NCBI GenBank assembly: GCA_963755125.1
Contig: CAVWIP010000017.1
Coordinates: 192,001 to 256,000 of the forward strand
DNA length: 64,000 nucleotides
Direction: 5' to 3'
Source of the DNA: an uncultured delta proteobacterium
GTDB lineage: Bacteria > Myxococcota_A > Polyangia > Fen-1088
The translations under genes were made by a program, and so were the position numbers. Position 1 is the stretch's first letter, and every line of letters begins with the position of its first letter. Positions 20,412-29,274 of this stretch are shown piece after piece. The notes under the pieces were generated by a model that was not told the DNA's origin, did not search any database, and saw nothing but the letters and a program-made list of their open reading frames with translations.

Positions 20412-20789
20412 ATGGAAGGGACCGGTCTGAAGAAGAGGGATCTCAAGCGGTTTCGCGAGATCCTGTTGACCCGCAAGAAAGAAATACTCCGCAACGCGCA
20501 GCGGACGTTGAGCGAAGACATGACGCTCGAATCTGACGATCTGCCCGATGAAATGGACCTCGCGTCGTCCGAGTACCTGCAATCGTTCACGTTCAGGCTG
20601 CGTGGGCGCGAGAAGACATTTCTGCAGAAGATCGACCATGCCCTCGATCGCATCGAGGACGGGACATTTGGCCTTTGCGAGCAGTGCGGCGAGCCCATCT
20701 CGCTCAAGCGGATAGAGGCGCGGCTGGAGACGACCCTTTGCATTCGCTGCAAGGAGGATCAGGAAAGGATGGAGAAGGCCTACGGGTAG
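20412..20789 (+). CDS. dksA: DksA/TraR C4 zinc-finger RNA polymerase-binding factor
   Basis: PDEMDLAS coiled-coil tip, CEQCGEPISLKRIEAR..TTLCIRCKE. Confidence 0.92.
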   Translation: MEGTGLKKRDLKRFREILLTRKKEILRNAQRTLSEDMTLESDDLPDEMDLASSEYLQSFTFRLRGREKTFLQKIDHALDRIEDGTFGLCEQCGEPISLKRIEARLETTLCIRCKEDQERMEKAYG

Positions 20790-20917
20790 GGGTTGGGAAG
20801 CTGCTTGTAAGAGGAATGGTTGGGGCCGCCGAGGTGCTCGTTGAGGCGCGGGCAAGCGGCGTTGGCGGTTTTTCGACCACGAGCAGGGGAGGGTCAAATG
20901 GGAGGCTGTGCCGCATC

Positions 20918-21730
20918 TTGCGACGTTCGCCGGGAGTCGAGTTCACCACAGTGGCCCTGACCCTGCTTTCCGGTTGCGTCGGGGTGTTCGCCAGCCCGCG
21001 GGGGCCTAGCCTGTCATGGGGCACCCACTCGCAGGGAGCCCTCCTGGGTGCGGTCGCCTTGCCCATGGAAGGCGACGGCTATCAGGTCCACCCCGAGTGG
21101 CGCGCGCGCGGCCGCACCTTCGCCATCGAGGAACTTGTCGCCGGGCTGACACGTGCCTTCGCGCGCGTCGCGCGGACAACCCCGGGCAGCCTGGCCTATG
21201 TCGGAGACCTTTCGCTGCGACGTGGGGGAGATTCGAGCATGCACCGTTCGCACGAGAGCGGACGGGACGTCAACGTCTTCTACTATGCCGCCGATCGCGA
21301 CGGGAAGCCGCTGCACAATCTTCCGGCCATGCTTCGCTTCGCAGATGATGGCAGCGCGGCGGCGTGGTCCTCCGCCAAACCGGGACGGCGCATGCGCGAG
21401 CCGCTGCCCGACGCCCATCTCGACTTGCCACGGACATGGGCGTTGGTCGCGAATCTCCTTTCCGACCCGAACATGGAGGTGCAGTGGATATTTGTCCACA
21501 AGCCGCTGGCAGAGTTGCTCGTGCAAGAGGCAGAACGAGAGAAGGCCGATCCGGCCTTGCTTGCGCGGGCGCGCGAAATCTTGCACCAGCCCACGGACGC
21601 GCGGCCACACGACGACCACATGCACGTGCGGGTGTTCTGTCCCGTGCAGAGCCGCGTGTTCGGCTGCATCGACAAGGGGCCGCGACGTTGGTGGAAGAAA
21701 CGCTGGAAGTACATGAGTTCCGCAACGTAG
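20918..21730 (+). CDS. mepA: Penicillin-insensitive murein endopeptidase (M74)-like lipoprotein
   Basis: Lipobox LLSGC after inferred TTG start; GDLS..GG...HRSHESGRDVN and HDDHMHVR. Start could instead be 20816. Confidence 0.8.
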   Translation: MRRSPGVEFTTVALTLLSGCVGVFASPRGPSLSWGTHSQGALLGAVALPMEGDGYQVHPEWRARGRTFAIEELVAGLTRAFARVARTTPGSLAYVGDLSLRRGGDSSMHRSHESGRDVNVFYYAADRDGKPLHNLPAMLRFADDGSAAAWSSAKPGRRMREPLPDAHLDLPRTWALVANLLSDPNMEVQWIFVHKPLAELLVQEAEREKADPALLARAREILHQPTDARPHDDHMHVRVFCPVQSRVFGCIDKGPRRWWKKRWKYMSSAT

Positions 21731-21886
21731 TGCCCTCAGGTTCCTGAAGTGACGACGGCCGACGATCCGGCCTGCTGGCGGCGTCGGGCCTGTGCTTCCG
21801 GTCCTCAAGTACATCAGTACATTCCGGTCCGGTTCTCGGCCCTCCTTGCCAGCAGACCGGCTTGTCGGCCGGATGCTAAGGGACAT
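21728..21886. repeat. Palindromic MITE-like element (ERIC/RPE-like architecture)
   Basis: 24-bp arms 21756-21779 and 21848-21871 with 3 mismatches; central GTAC-atca-GTAC hairpin; starts at the mepA stop codon. Confidence 0.65.
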
Positions 21887-22387
21887 CGTGATCTGTGCCC
21901 GGCTTTCCGTTCACGGCAAGCCACACGCGCTCGAAGTTGTTCTCCAGGCGACGGCAAAGAAGCAGACAGGTTCCTGGCGCAAACGAGTTGATTCCCCTCG
22001 CTGTTGACCCATCTTTGCCTGTCATGTACCGATAGACTTGGTCAGGCCTGTACTCGAAGTCCTCGATGTTCAAGTCGGCCCCGAACGCCTTCTCGGCGCG
22101 CTCCACGCCCACTTTCCCGCCCAGCCCTCGGTGGATCCGGTTGCTGGTTCCCGGGCCGGTTCCGGCAGCCGCATCCGGTTCCGGCCAGCGGCCACCGGCT
22201 CCCCCGTAAGTCCGCGGCCAACCGTGACGAATCCTCCAAAGGCCGGACCAGCAGTGCCCGCAGGACCGCACAAGCGGTGTGAGCGTCGGACGGTGGGGCC
22301 GCCGCCCGGGAGTGACGGCGCGGGCGAGGTGGCGGGTACCTGAACAAAAGCCTAGTGCTTTTGTCTGTTCTTACCTATTGAGAAGAG

Positions 22388-22400
22388 TCTATTGAATAGA
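22388..22400. promoter_or_regulatory. AT-rich inverted repeat, candidate operator
   Basis: Perfect TCTATT-G-AATAGA plus a repeated CTATTGA in an AT-rich patch just upstream of the MerR-like gene. Confidence 0.4.
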
Positions 22401-22419
22401 TTACAGTTACAATCGGCTA

Positions 22420-23019
22420 ATGAAACGAATTATCGACATGGCTGGCGCCGGGACTCAGATGGGGGCGATGCGCGCTTCCGGACTGCTCGACGAGGACGAA
22501 CTGGTCGACATCGAGAGCCGCTATCCCAAGGGCATGAGTTCGCGCGAGATCGTCGACGTGTTCGCGTCGCGGGGTCTGCGCTTCTCAGAAGCGACCCTGC
22601 GCAAGTACGTGCAGCTCGGGCTGCTGCCGCGATCCGTGCGGGTGGGGCGCAAGGGCAAGCACTGCGGGTCGCGAGGCCTGTATCCGGCGGGCGTGGTCCG
22701 GCGGGTGAATCAGGTGAAATTCATGATGGCAGGCAATCTCACCATCGAGGAGATCCAGCGCTCCTTCGCCCGGTTCAAACAGGAGATCGAAGGCGTCAGC
22801 CAGGGTCTGCGAGATCTCATCTCCGGCTTCGAGCGCGAGGCCAAGGGCCCGGCTTTGAAACCGGAACGGCGCCAGGAGATCGAACGAGAGATCGAGGCAG
22901 CGAAGCACGCCGCCGGCGAACTGGTCCGGCGGATCTCTGGTCTGGAAGCGAGTTTTTCCTCGCAGGCCGCGGCGGCGGCAGCGGGGACTGCCGCAGGGGG
23001 CGGCAGCGACCTGTACTAG
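22420..23019 (+). CDS. MerR-like HTH transcriptional regulator
   Basis: FSEATLRKYVQLGLLPRS..GLYP..LTIEEI followed by a coiled coil; start uncertain. Confidence 0.75.
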   Translation: MKRIIDMAGAGTQMGAMRASGLLDEDELVDIESRYPKGMSSREIVDVFASRGLRFSEATLRKYVQLGLLPRSVRVGRKGKHCGSRGLYPAGVVRRVNQVKFMMAGNLTIEEIQRSFARFKQEIEGVSQGLRDLISGFEREAKGPALKPERRQEIEREIEAAKHAAGELVRRISGLEASFSSQAAAAAAGTAAGGGSDLY

Positions 23020-23054
23020 CGCGTCCCCGACCAACGCGCGCAACGGAGGAACAC

Positions 23055-23561
23055 ATGGCCGACGAGAAAGCTGAATTCGAGGAGCTAGAGGACGACATGG
23101 TGGACGATCAGCCGCAACCCGAGGTTGCCAAGATCCGCCGCAAGGTGGTGCCGTCGCGCGACGGCCGCTTCCGGTCGAAGACCATTGCGCCTAAGCGCCT
23201 GACCCGCGACGAGAAGCGGCTGGCGCAGGAACTGGTCTATCCCGAGGATGTCGAGCGGCCGCGCACGCGTGCGGACTGCCAGAACATGCCTCGCCCGTGT
23301 CCGTTCGTGAGCTGCGAGCATCATCTGTACCTGGACGTCAATCCTGACAGCGGGGCCATCAAGCTCAACTTCCCCCAGCTCGAGGTGTGGGAAATGGCCG
23401 AGACCTGCTCGCTCGACGTGGCGGATCGCGGCGGCATCACCCTGGAAGACGTGGGCGCCATTCTCAACCTGACGCGCGAGCGGATCCGTCAGGTTGAGGT
23501 GCGCGGTCTGGTCAAGATCCGCACCAAGAACAGCGAGGCACTCGGGCTGAGCAATCCCTGA
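23055..23561 (+). CDS. Cys-rich protein with a sigma-70 region-4-like HTH
   Basis: [33 protein letters not shown]...[32 protein letters not shown]. Confidence 0.85.
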   Translation: MADEKAEFEELEDDMVDDQPQPEVAKIRRKVVPSRDGRFRSKTIAPKRLTRDEKRLAQELVYPEDVERPRTRADCQNMPRPCPFVSCEHHLYLDVNPDSGAIKLNFPQLEVWEMAETCSLDVADRGGITLEDVGAILNLTRERIRQVEVRGLVKIRTKNSEALGLSNP

Positions 23562-23562
23562 G

Positions 23563-24390
23563 TCACGTTCCCCTCGCGGTCGCCAGTGCTTGGATCGCGT
23601 GGTCGTGCAGCGGGCCGTTGGACGCGACCACGCCGCTGCGGTTGTTGAGATCGGCCTTGCTGTAGACCAGCGGTCGGCCGTCCAGGTCGCTCATGCGGCC
23701 GCCGGCCGCGGTCAGGATTGCCTCGGGGCCGCAGGTGTCCCACAGTTTCGTCTGCTCGCCCGGATAGAGGTACAGATCGCGTTCACCTTGGCTCACCAAA
23801 GCAACCTTCAGACCCACGCTGCCGACGCTCATTTCGTCGGTCACGCCCAGGGCGCGACGAAAGGCATCGATCCGCGGCGAGCGGCGCGACTGGGAGACAA
23901 CGATGCGCACCCCGCGCGGCTCGGCCAGCGCGGAGGGTCGCACTGGTGCCCGCGTTCCATCAGGCTGATCGCGCCAGGCGCCCTGGCCCACGACACCGCT
24001 CCACACTGCTCCAGTGCTCGGGTGCGCCACCACGCCGAGCGCGGGCCGGCCGTCGAGGCAAAGGCCGATCATCACCACGTAGCCAGCCTCGCCGCGGATG
24101 AAGTCGCGCGTGCCGTCGATGGGATCGACCATCCACACGCGGGGCTTTCCCAAACGCGAACCATCGTCGGGCAATTCCTCGGACAGGATCGCGTCGCCGG
24201 GAAATTCCTGGGCCAGACGGCCGACGATGAAAGCGCTGGCCGCAAGATCAGCCTGGGTGACGGGCTCGCCGGCGTCCTTGTACTGGACCGCGATGGGCTG
24301 TTCGGCAAAGCGGCGCACCAGGGCAGCGGCTTCCTGGGCCAACCGGCGGGCAACATCCAGTTCGCGCGAAAGATCGACGGGTTTGCTCAT
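23563..24390 (-). CDS. cysQ: 3'(2'),5'-bisphosphate nucleotidase / inositol monophosphatase family
   Basis: PVTQAD, ILSEE, WMVDPIDGTRDF, VVSQSR, GSVGLK, WDTCGPEAILTAAGG. Confidence 0.88.
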   Translation of the reverse strand: MSKPVDLSRELDVARRLAQEAAALVRRFAEQPIAVQYKDAGEPVTQADLAASAFIVGRLAQEFPGDAILSEELPDDGSRLGKPRVWMVDPIDGTRDFIRGEAGYVVMIGLCLDGRPALGVVAHPSTGAVWSGVVGQGAWRDQPDGTRAPVRPSALAEPRGVRIVVSQSRRSPRIDAFRRALGVTDEMSVGSVGLKVALVSQGERDLYLYPGEQTKLWDTCGPEAILTAAGGRMSDLDGRPLVYSKADLNNRSGVVASNGPLHDHAIQALATARGT

Positions 24391-25730
24391 GACGGCCTCG
24401 CTACGAGATCGGCCACCAGATGTCGTCGACCGATGAGCAACACCAGTCCGGCCAGGGGGAGAAGCAGGCCGGTAACTAGCACGGGAATGCGCAATCCGAC
24501 CGAATCGGACGCGACACCGATGAGAAACGGCGACAGGGCGTCGCCGAGCAGGTGAATGGTCGTGGTGTGCAGGCCAACCCCGCGCGCCCGAAGGTCAGGC
24601 GGAAGCACGTTCACCATGGCGGCGTTGAGCGGTCCCATGTTGAGGAAGAGAAGCAACAACGTCACGAACATGCCCGGCCAGAAGATCGCAGGCGAGCGCG
24701 CCAGCACCGCCGCCAGGGTGAAGGGAAATGAGGCGACCAGCGTCCAGCCCGAGAAACTGAAATGGGCGTCGGGAAAACGGCGGGCCAGGCGGTCGCCCAG
24801 TTGGCCACCCACGATGGTGCCCAGGAATCCCGCGACCAGCAGCAAGGCGCCGAAGACCGTGCCCGCGGCGCCCACTCCCAGGCCGCGCTCGCGCACGAAG
24901 TAGGTGGGCATCCACGCGCCCAGGCCGCCCATGGAAAAGGTGAAGATGGTCTGTCCCGCCATATTGAAGAAGAAGCTGGGGCGCCGGCGGAGCGCTGCGA
25001 CGCTCTCGCGCAACGAGGTCGCGGGCCGCGACTGTCGGTCGAATCGTCCGCGCGGCGGTTCACGCAGAAGCAGCAAGGCGACAGCAAGCGCCAGTCCAGG
25101 CCCTCCAGCCACGAAGAAGGCGGGTCGCCAGCCGAAGCGTGCCCCGATCTGACCGCCCAGAATGTAGCCAAGGGCGATCCCCACAGGCATCGCCGCGTAG
25201 AAGATCGACAACGCACGGCTGCGGCGGTCGGGCGGGTAATGGTCGGCCAGCAGCGACGGCGTCACCACGGTGTAGCTGGCTTCGCCGATGCCGACCACGG
25301 CGCGCGCCAGGGCCAGCCAGGCGAAACTGGCCACCAGGCCCGAGGCGAAAGTGGCCAGACTCCACGCCGCCACGCCCGCGGCTGCGATGTGCAGGCGTGT
25401 GATCGCGTGGGAAGCCCGCCGGCTTTGCCGGTGGCGCACCATCGCGGGAGGGCATGGGAACCCTCTCAGGGTTCCCACGGCAGAACGATCCCCGAGCCAA
25501 CCCGACGCAGGACAAGCCAGCGAGTAAACCAGGATGAACACGGTCTGCAGCGAGCCGGCCTGCGCGTCCGAGAGGTGCAGGCTGGCAATGATGAGCGGAA
25601 GCACCGGGGCTGTGATGAACCGGTCCAGGTAGTTGAACGCGTTCACACCGGTCAGCACCGCCAGGGTGCTGGCCGGACGCTGCGGGAGGCTGGTGCAGGA
25701 TCCCGTGGTCACGTCTTGCATGGGTACCAC
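24387..25730 (-). CDS. Spinster-like MFS transporter carrying an in-frame palindromic insertion
   Basis: NAFNYLDR, RAVVGIGEASY, GWRPAFFVAGGPGL, IHLLGDALSP; multiple TM segments. Confidence 0.9.
   Translation of the reverse strand: MVPMQDVTTGSCTSLPQRPASTLAVLTGVNAFNYLDRFITAPVLPLIIASLHLSDAQAGSLQTVFILVYSLACPASGWLGDRSAVGTLRGFPCPPAMVRHRQSRRASHAITRLHIAAAGVAAWSLATFASGLVASFAWLALARAVVGIGEASYTVVTPSLLADHYPPDRRSRALSIFYAAMPVGIALGYILGGQIGARFGWRPAFFVAGGPGLALAVALLLLREPPRGRFDRQSRPATSLRESVAALRRRPSFFFNMAGQTIFTFSMGGLGAWMPTYFVRERGLGVGAAGTVFGALLLVAGFLGTIVGGQLGDRLARRFPDAHFSFSGWTLVASFPFTLAAVLARSPAIFWPGMFVTLLLLFLNMGPLNAAMVNVLPPDLRARGVGLHTTTIHLLGDALSPFLIGVASDSVGLRIPVLVTGLLLPLAGLVLLIGRRHLVADLVARPS
25406..25479. mobile_element. 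Small MITE-like palindromic element inside the MFS gene
   Basis: Terminal inverted repeats CGTGGGAA...TTCCCACG; internal hairpins CCGGC-TTT-GCCGG and TGGGAACCCT-CTC-AGGGTTCCCA. Confidence 0.65.
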
Positions 25731-25760
25731 GAAAGGCCGTCTCGGGGTAAAGTGCCGCGC

Positions 25761-26216
25761 ATGAGCACACTAAAGGAGATTCTGGGGCCGCCCGCAACGC
25801 GCAAGCAGGTGGTGGCTGACTGCGAACGGATCATTGAGGAGGAAGTCGCCGCGAAAGGCTTGATGGGCATACCGATCAAGGCTGCCTACGCGGTGGTCAA
25901 GGCTATCAAGCCGGGGTTCATCCCGGAAGTGATAGACGGACTGCTCGACGATTTTGCCGATCGCCTGGACCCGTTCTACCAGGCCGCACTCGCCAAGAAT
26001 GAGCCGGTCCCTGCGTACCTGAACGCGCGCGCCAGCGAGGTCGCCGAGGCGCTCTTGGGCATTACCGACCAGCGCGCGCAGCGGTCGAAGAACCAGATCG
26101 TCAGGGGCGCCTACGACAAGCTGCGGCCCATGGCCAAGAAGCACACCGAGGCGGCCATTCCGCGGGTGAGCCGCATGGTGGCGAAGTACGCCAGCACCGC
26201 TGCGACGGCCACGTAG
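25761..26216 (+). CDS. Conserved hypothetical all-helical protein (DUF6918-like)
   Basis: MSTLKEIL..VVADC...IKAAYAVVKAIKPGFI...AEALLGITD.RA; strong GC3 bias. Confidence 0.75.
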   Translation: MSTLKEILGPPATRKQVVADCERIIEEEVAAKGLMGIPIKAAYAVVKAIKPGFIPEVIDGLLDDFADRLDPFYQAALAKNEPVPAYLNARASEVAEALLGITDQRAQRSKNQIVRGAYDKLRPMAKKHTEAAIPRVSRMVAKYASTAATAT

Positions 26217-26400
26217 AGCGACCGGAGTCGGGACCGGAACCGAAACCGGAGCCAGCCACTTTCTTCGGGGGCTTCGGGACGGACAGTCCACCCGCCTGCC
26301 CCCGCGCGCTTCGCGTGCCCGTCGCGGCCACGGCCACGGATTTCGTGCACCGTCATTCCGGGCGACCTCCGGTCGCTGCACAGGCTACACTGAGGCATCC

Positions 26401-26868
26401 GTGCCCTCCCTCCACATCGTGCTCGTCGAGCCGGAGATCCACTGGAACACCGGCAACATCGGTCGCACTTCCTTGGCCGTGGGAGCGACTCTACATCTGG
26501 TCGAGCCGCTGGGGTTCACGCTCGAAGATCGCCATCTTCGGCGTGCGGGCCTGGACTACTGGCCCCGGGTGCGACTGCGCGTGTGGCCGGACTGGCCAGC
26601 CTTGCAGGCCGAGTTGCCCCGCATGGGTGCGCCTTTCTTCTTCACCGCATCGGCCGAGCGCACGTTGTGGGACATCGAATTCCCGGAAGACGTGGTCGTG
26701 GTTTTCGGCCGCGAGAGCGTGGGCCTGCCGGCCGAAATTCTGGCCCGCTACGCCGATCGAACCGCTCGCATCCCCATGGTGGATCCGGCCCTGCGGTCGC
26801 TGAACATATCCACCGCCGCGGGTGTCGTCGTGTACGAGGTCGCAAGGCAGTGGCAGAGGCGGGCGTGA
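26401..26868 (+). CDS. trmL: tRNA (cytidine/uridine-34 2'-O)-methyltransferase, SPOUT family
   Basis: HIVLVEPEIHWNTGNIGR, LRRAGLDYW, FGRESVGLP, RSLNIS. Confidence 0.93.
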   Translation: MPSLHIVLVEPEIHWNTGNIGRTSLAVGATLHLVEPLGFTLEDRHLRRAGLDYWPRVRLRVWPDWPALQAELPRMGAPFFFTASAERTLWDIEFPEDVVVVFGRESVGLPAEILARYADRTARIPMVDPALRSLNISTAAGVVVYEVARQWQRRA

Positions 26869-26962
26869 TGGGCGAAAGATTGGGTCTGTCTGGCTGGTGC
26901 TCTAATATGGGGTTCGCTTTGCCCTTCGGCCCCCCACGCCCACCCATACGGAATCTCGGCCG

Positions 26963-28936
26963 ATGACCACGAAAGTGCTTCGCCTCGGACGTTTCCAGAC
27001 AGAGGCCCTGCTGGGAGAGGGCGGGACCACGGAAACCTACCGTGCGCGACTCGCCGACACGAAGCCAGACGCCGACGCGCGCCGTTTCGTGGTGACCTTG
27101 TTGCGCGGCGAGAGTGGGCGCCCTGATGCGCAGTTGGCGGCCCGCTTCGTCGAGGCGGCGCGTCGGCTGGCTGGGCTCGACCAGTCAGGGTTCGTGCGCG
27201 TGGTCGAGCTGTGCGAAGGGCCTGGCCAGATCTACGCGGCATGCGAGTTCAAGGCCGGCGTGGATCTGGCGCAGTTGCGCAGCCAGGCGGCGCCGCGCGG
27301 CTTTATGGACCCGCGCCTGGTGGGCTTGCTTGCGCAGAAGATTGCCGAACGGCTGGCTCCCCTGCACGCGCGTACGCAGGCACCGCGTGTCCACGGCGGG
27401 TTGAGCCCAGGCAACGTCCTGGTGTCGCCCGAAGGCGAGGTGTTCTTCCTCGATTGCGGTCTGGCAGAGGCGGTGCGGCCACGCGGCGACTCGTTCCTCA
27501 GCCGGTGGTTCTTTGCCGCTCCCGAGCAGCTTTCGGGGACGGCCACTACGCCCGCCTCGGACCTGTATTCGATAGGTGCTCTGATCTTCTTCCTCTTCAC
27601 CGGCAGGCCGCCCTTTGCGGCGTCCACCGCTGATGCGCTAAAGGAAAGGATCGCGGCGGGCGTGCCCGCCTTGCCGGAGATGCCACCCTCGCTTTATGCC
27701 GTGATGGCCAGGCTGTTGTCGTCAGACGCGGCTCTGCGGCCCAAGTCCGCGGCGGTGGTGGCACGCCAGATCTCGGCCGCCATGCTGGCCGCGAAGGCCG
27801 GTCCCGTGGCCGCGGCATCCGGCGCTCCCGCTTCGCCGGCCCCTGGTACGGATCGCGGCTCGACCGCTCCCACGGTCGCGGGTGTCCGATCTCCTGCGGC
27901 CGTGCCGGCGCCGGTTACGAAGCCGGCCCGAGCTGCGGAGCACGCATCCTTGGCGAGCGCCGGGTCCGTGGTTCCCTTCGCCCTCGACGACGGCATGAGA
28001 GACGACAAGCGTCCGTCCGCCGCAGTTCGTTCCGGGGCGGGCCCGCAAGCCGCCGTCCAGCCAGTCGTGCCATTTTCGCTGGAGAAAGCCTCGCCTGACG
28101 ATGCCAGCCCAGACGACGCGGAGGAAGAAGAAGATGACCCGGGAAGGGGGCTGTCGCACATCTCGGCAGACGATCCGGACGTCGGCGTGGTGTATGACGA
28201 CGACGACGATGTCGAGGAGCAGGTCGAGGTCGGGGCAGACGGAAAGGTCAGGCGCCGCCGCCGGCGGCGTGTGCGGATTCCGGCCTGGTACCGGAGCCCG
28301 CTGGCTCGCAAAATGTCACGGCTGGCGCTGGTTCCACTTACCGGTCTGCTGGTTGTTGCGGCTGTGGCGGGCGTCATCTTCTATCGGCAGTGGTCCGCGG
28401 CCCGGGCTGAGAGCGAGAGACAGAATGCGCTGGTCATGGCCGAGGCGGCCCGCCGCGCGGCCGAGCTGCGGCCGCCCAAGCCGCCCGAGCCTCCGCCCCT
28501 GCCGGCGGGCCAACTGGCGGTGAAGACCGCGCCGACCGGAGCCACGGTCTGGCTCGACGGTGTGCCAGGCCGGAGGACCCCGGTCACGCTCGTCACCACG
28601 CCGGGTTCACACCGCCTGGTGGTGACCATGCCGGGCTACCGCATGCTGCGAGACGTGGTCGACACCAGCAAGGGACTCGTGTGGCAGCGAGAGATGTTCG
28701 TGGCGCCTCGCCTCGACAGCGGGCGGGTGCCGCTGTCGGTGACCTGCAATAAAGAGGGCGTCTATCCGATATTTGTGGACGGCAGGGATTCGGGCGAACT
28801 GTGTCCCGCGAGCGATCTGCGCATCGAACCGGGGCGCCATTCCATCGGTGTCTTCGTGATCCCGCAGAACCGCATCTGGACGTTCGATCGCGAGGTCCAG
28901 CTCAACCGTCCCCACCGCATCCAGTTCAATTACTAG
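26963..28936 (+). CDS. Membrane Ser/Thr pseudokinase with a PEGA domain
   Basis: LGEGG loop and APE retained, but VAIK becomes VVT, HRD becomes HGG and DFG becomes DCG; TM segment; PEGA (PTGATVWLDG..TP..PGSHRL). Confidence 0.82.
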   Translation: MTTKVLRLGRFQTEALLGEGGTTETYRARLADTKPDADARRFVVTLLRGESGRPDAQLAARFVEAARRLAGLDQSGFVRVVELCEGPGQIYAACEFKAGVDLAQLRSQAAPRGFMDPRLVGLLAQKIAERLAPLHARTQAPRVHGGLSPGNVLVSPEGEVFFLDCGLAEAVRPRGDSFLSRWFFAAPEQLSGTATTPASDLYSIGALIFFLFTGRPPFAASTADALKERIAAGVPALPEMPPSLYAVMARLLSSDAALRPKSAAVVARQISAAMLAAKAGPVAAASGAPASPAPGTDRGSTAPTVAGVRSPAAVPAPVTKPARAAEHASLASAGSVVPFALDDGMRDDKRPSAAVRSGAGPQAAVQPVVPFSLEKASPDDASPDDAEEEEDDPGRGLSHISADDPDVGVVYDDDDDVEEQVEVGADGKVRRRRRRRVRIPAWYRSPLARKMSRLALVPLTGLLVVAAVAGVIFYRQWSAARAESERQNALVMAEAARRAAELRPPKPPEPPPLPAGQLAVKTAPTGATVWLDGVPGRRTPVTLVTTPGSHRLVVTMPGYRMLRDVVDTSKGLVWQREMFVAPRLDSGRVPLSVTCNKEGVYPIFVDGRDSGELCPASDLRIEPGRHSIGVFVIPQNRIWTFDREVQLNRPHRIQFNY

Positions 28937-29188
28937 TTGAGCCGGAGCAGGTAGCGCAGCTTCCGCTCCGCCGACTCCTTCCCGCGGTCGACCTCGTTTT
29001 TCATGCGGCTGAGAATGTGGCGATCGCGATCGTCGATGCGGCCGTCGCGGTTCCAGTCGACCTCCCAGCACGCCAGGCACAGGTCGAACGCGAGATCGGG
29101 GAAGGCCGTAGCCTTGGCCAGATCGTCGTCGAGCGTCGCCAGTTCCTTGTCCGCGCCGCAGGATCAAGAGGAGAGCGCGAGTGGACAT
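28933..29188 (-). pseudogene. Internally deleted, frameshifted remnant of a hypothetical secreted protein gene
   Basis: RBS GGAGG + ATG MSTRALLLIL, then in another frame ADKELATLDDDLAKATAFPDLAFDLCLACWEVDWNRDGRIDDRDRH..ERKLRYLLRLN* with coding-like GC3; 256 nt is not a multiple of 3. Confidence 0.6.
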
Positions 29189-29274
29189 GAGAGCCTCCGG
29201 GACGGTGTTGCGAGAGTAGCACAGGGAGGCGCGCCGCAGGCCGAGTGCGGCGTGCTTCGCGCGAGAAGGTGCCG

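Noticed and set aside
21876..22271. Minus-strand ORF (..AEKAFGADLNIEDFEYRPDQVYRY..)
   Set aside because: Partly coding-like but has no credible start or recognisable family; may be a remnant cut by the adjacent palindrome.
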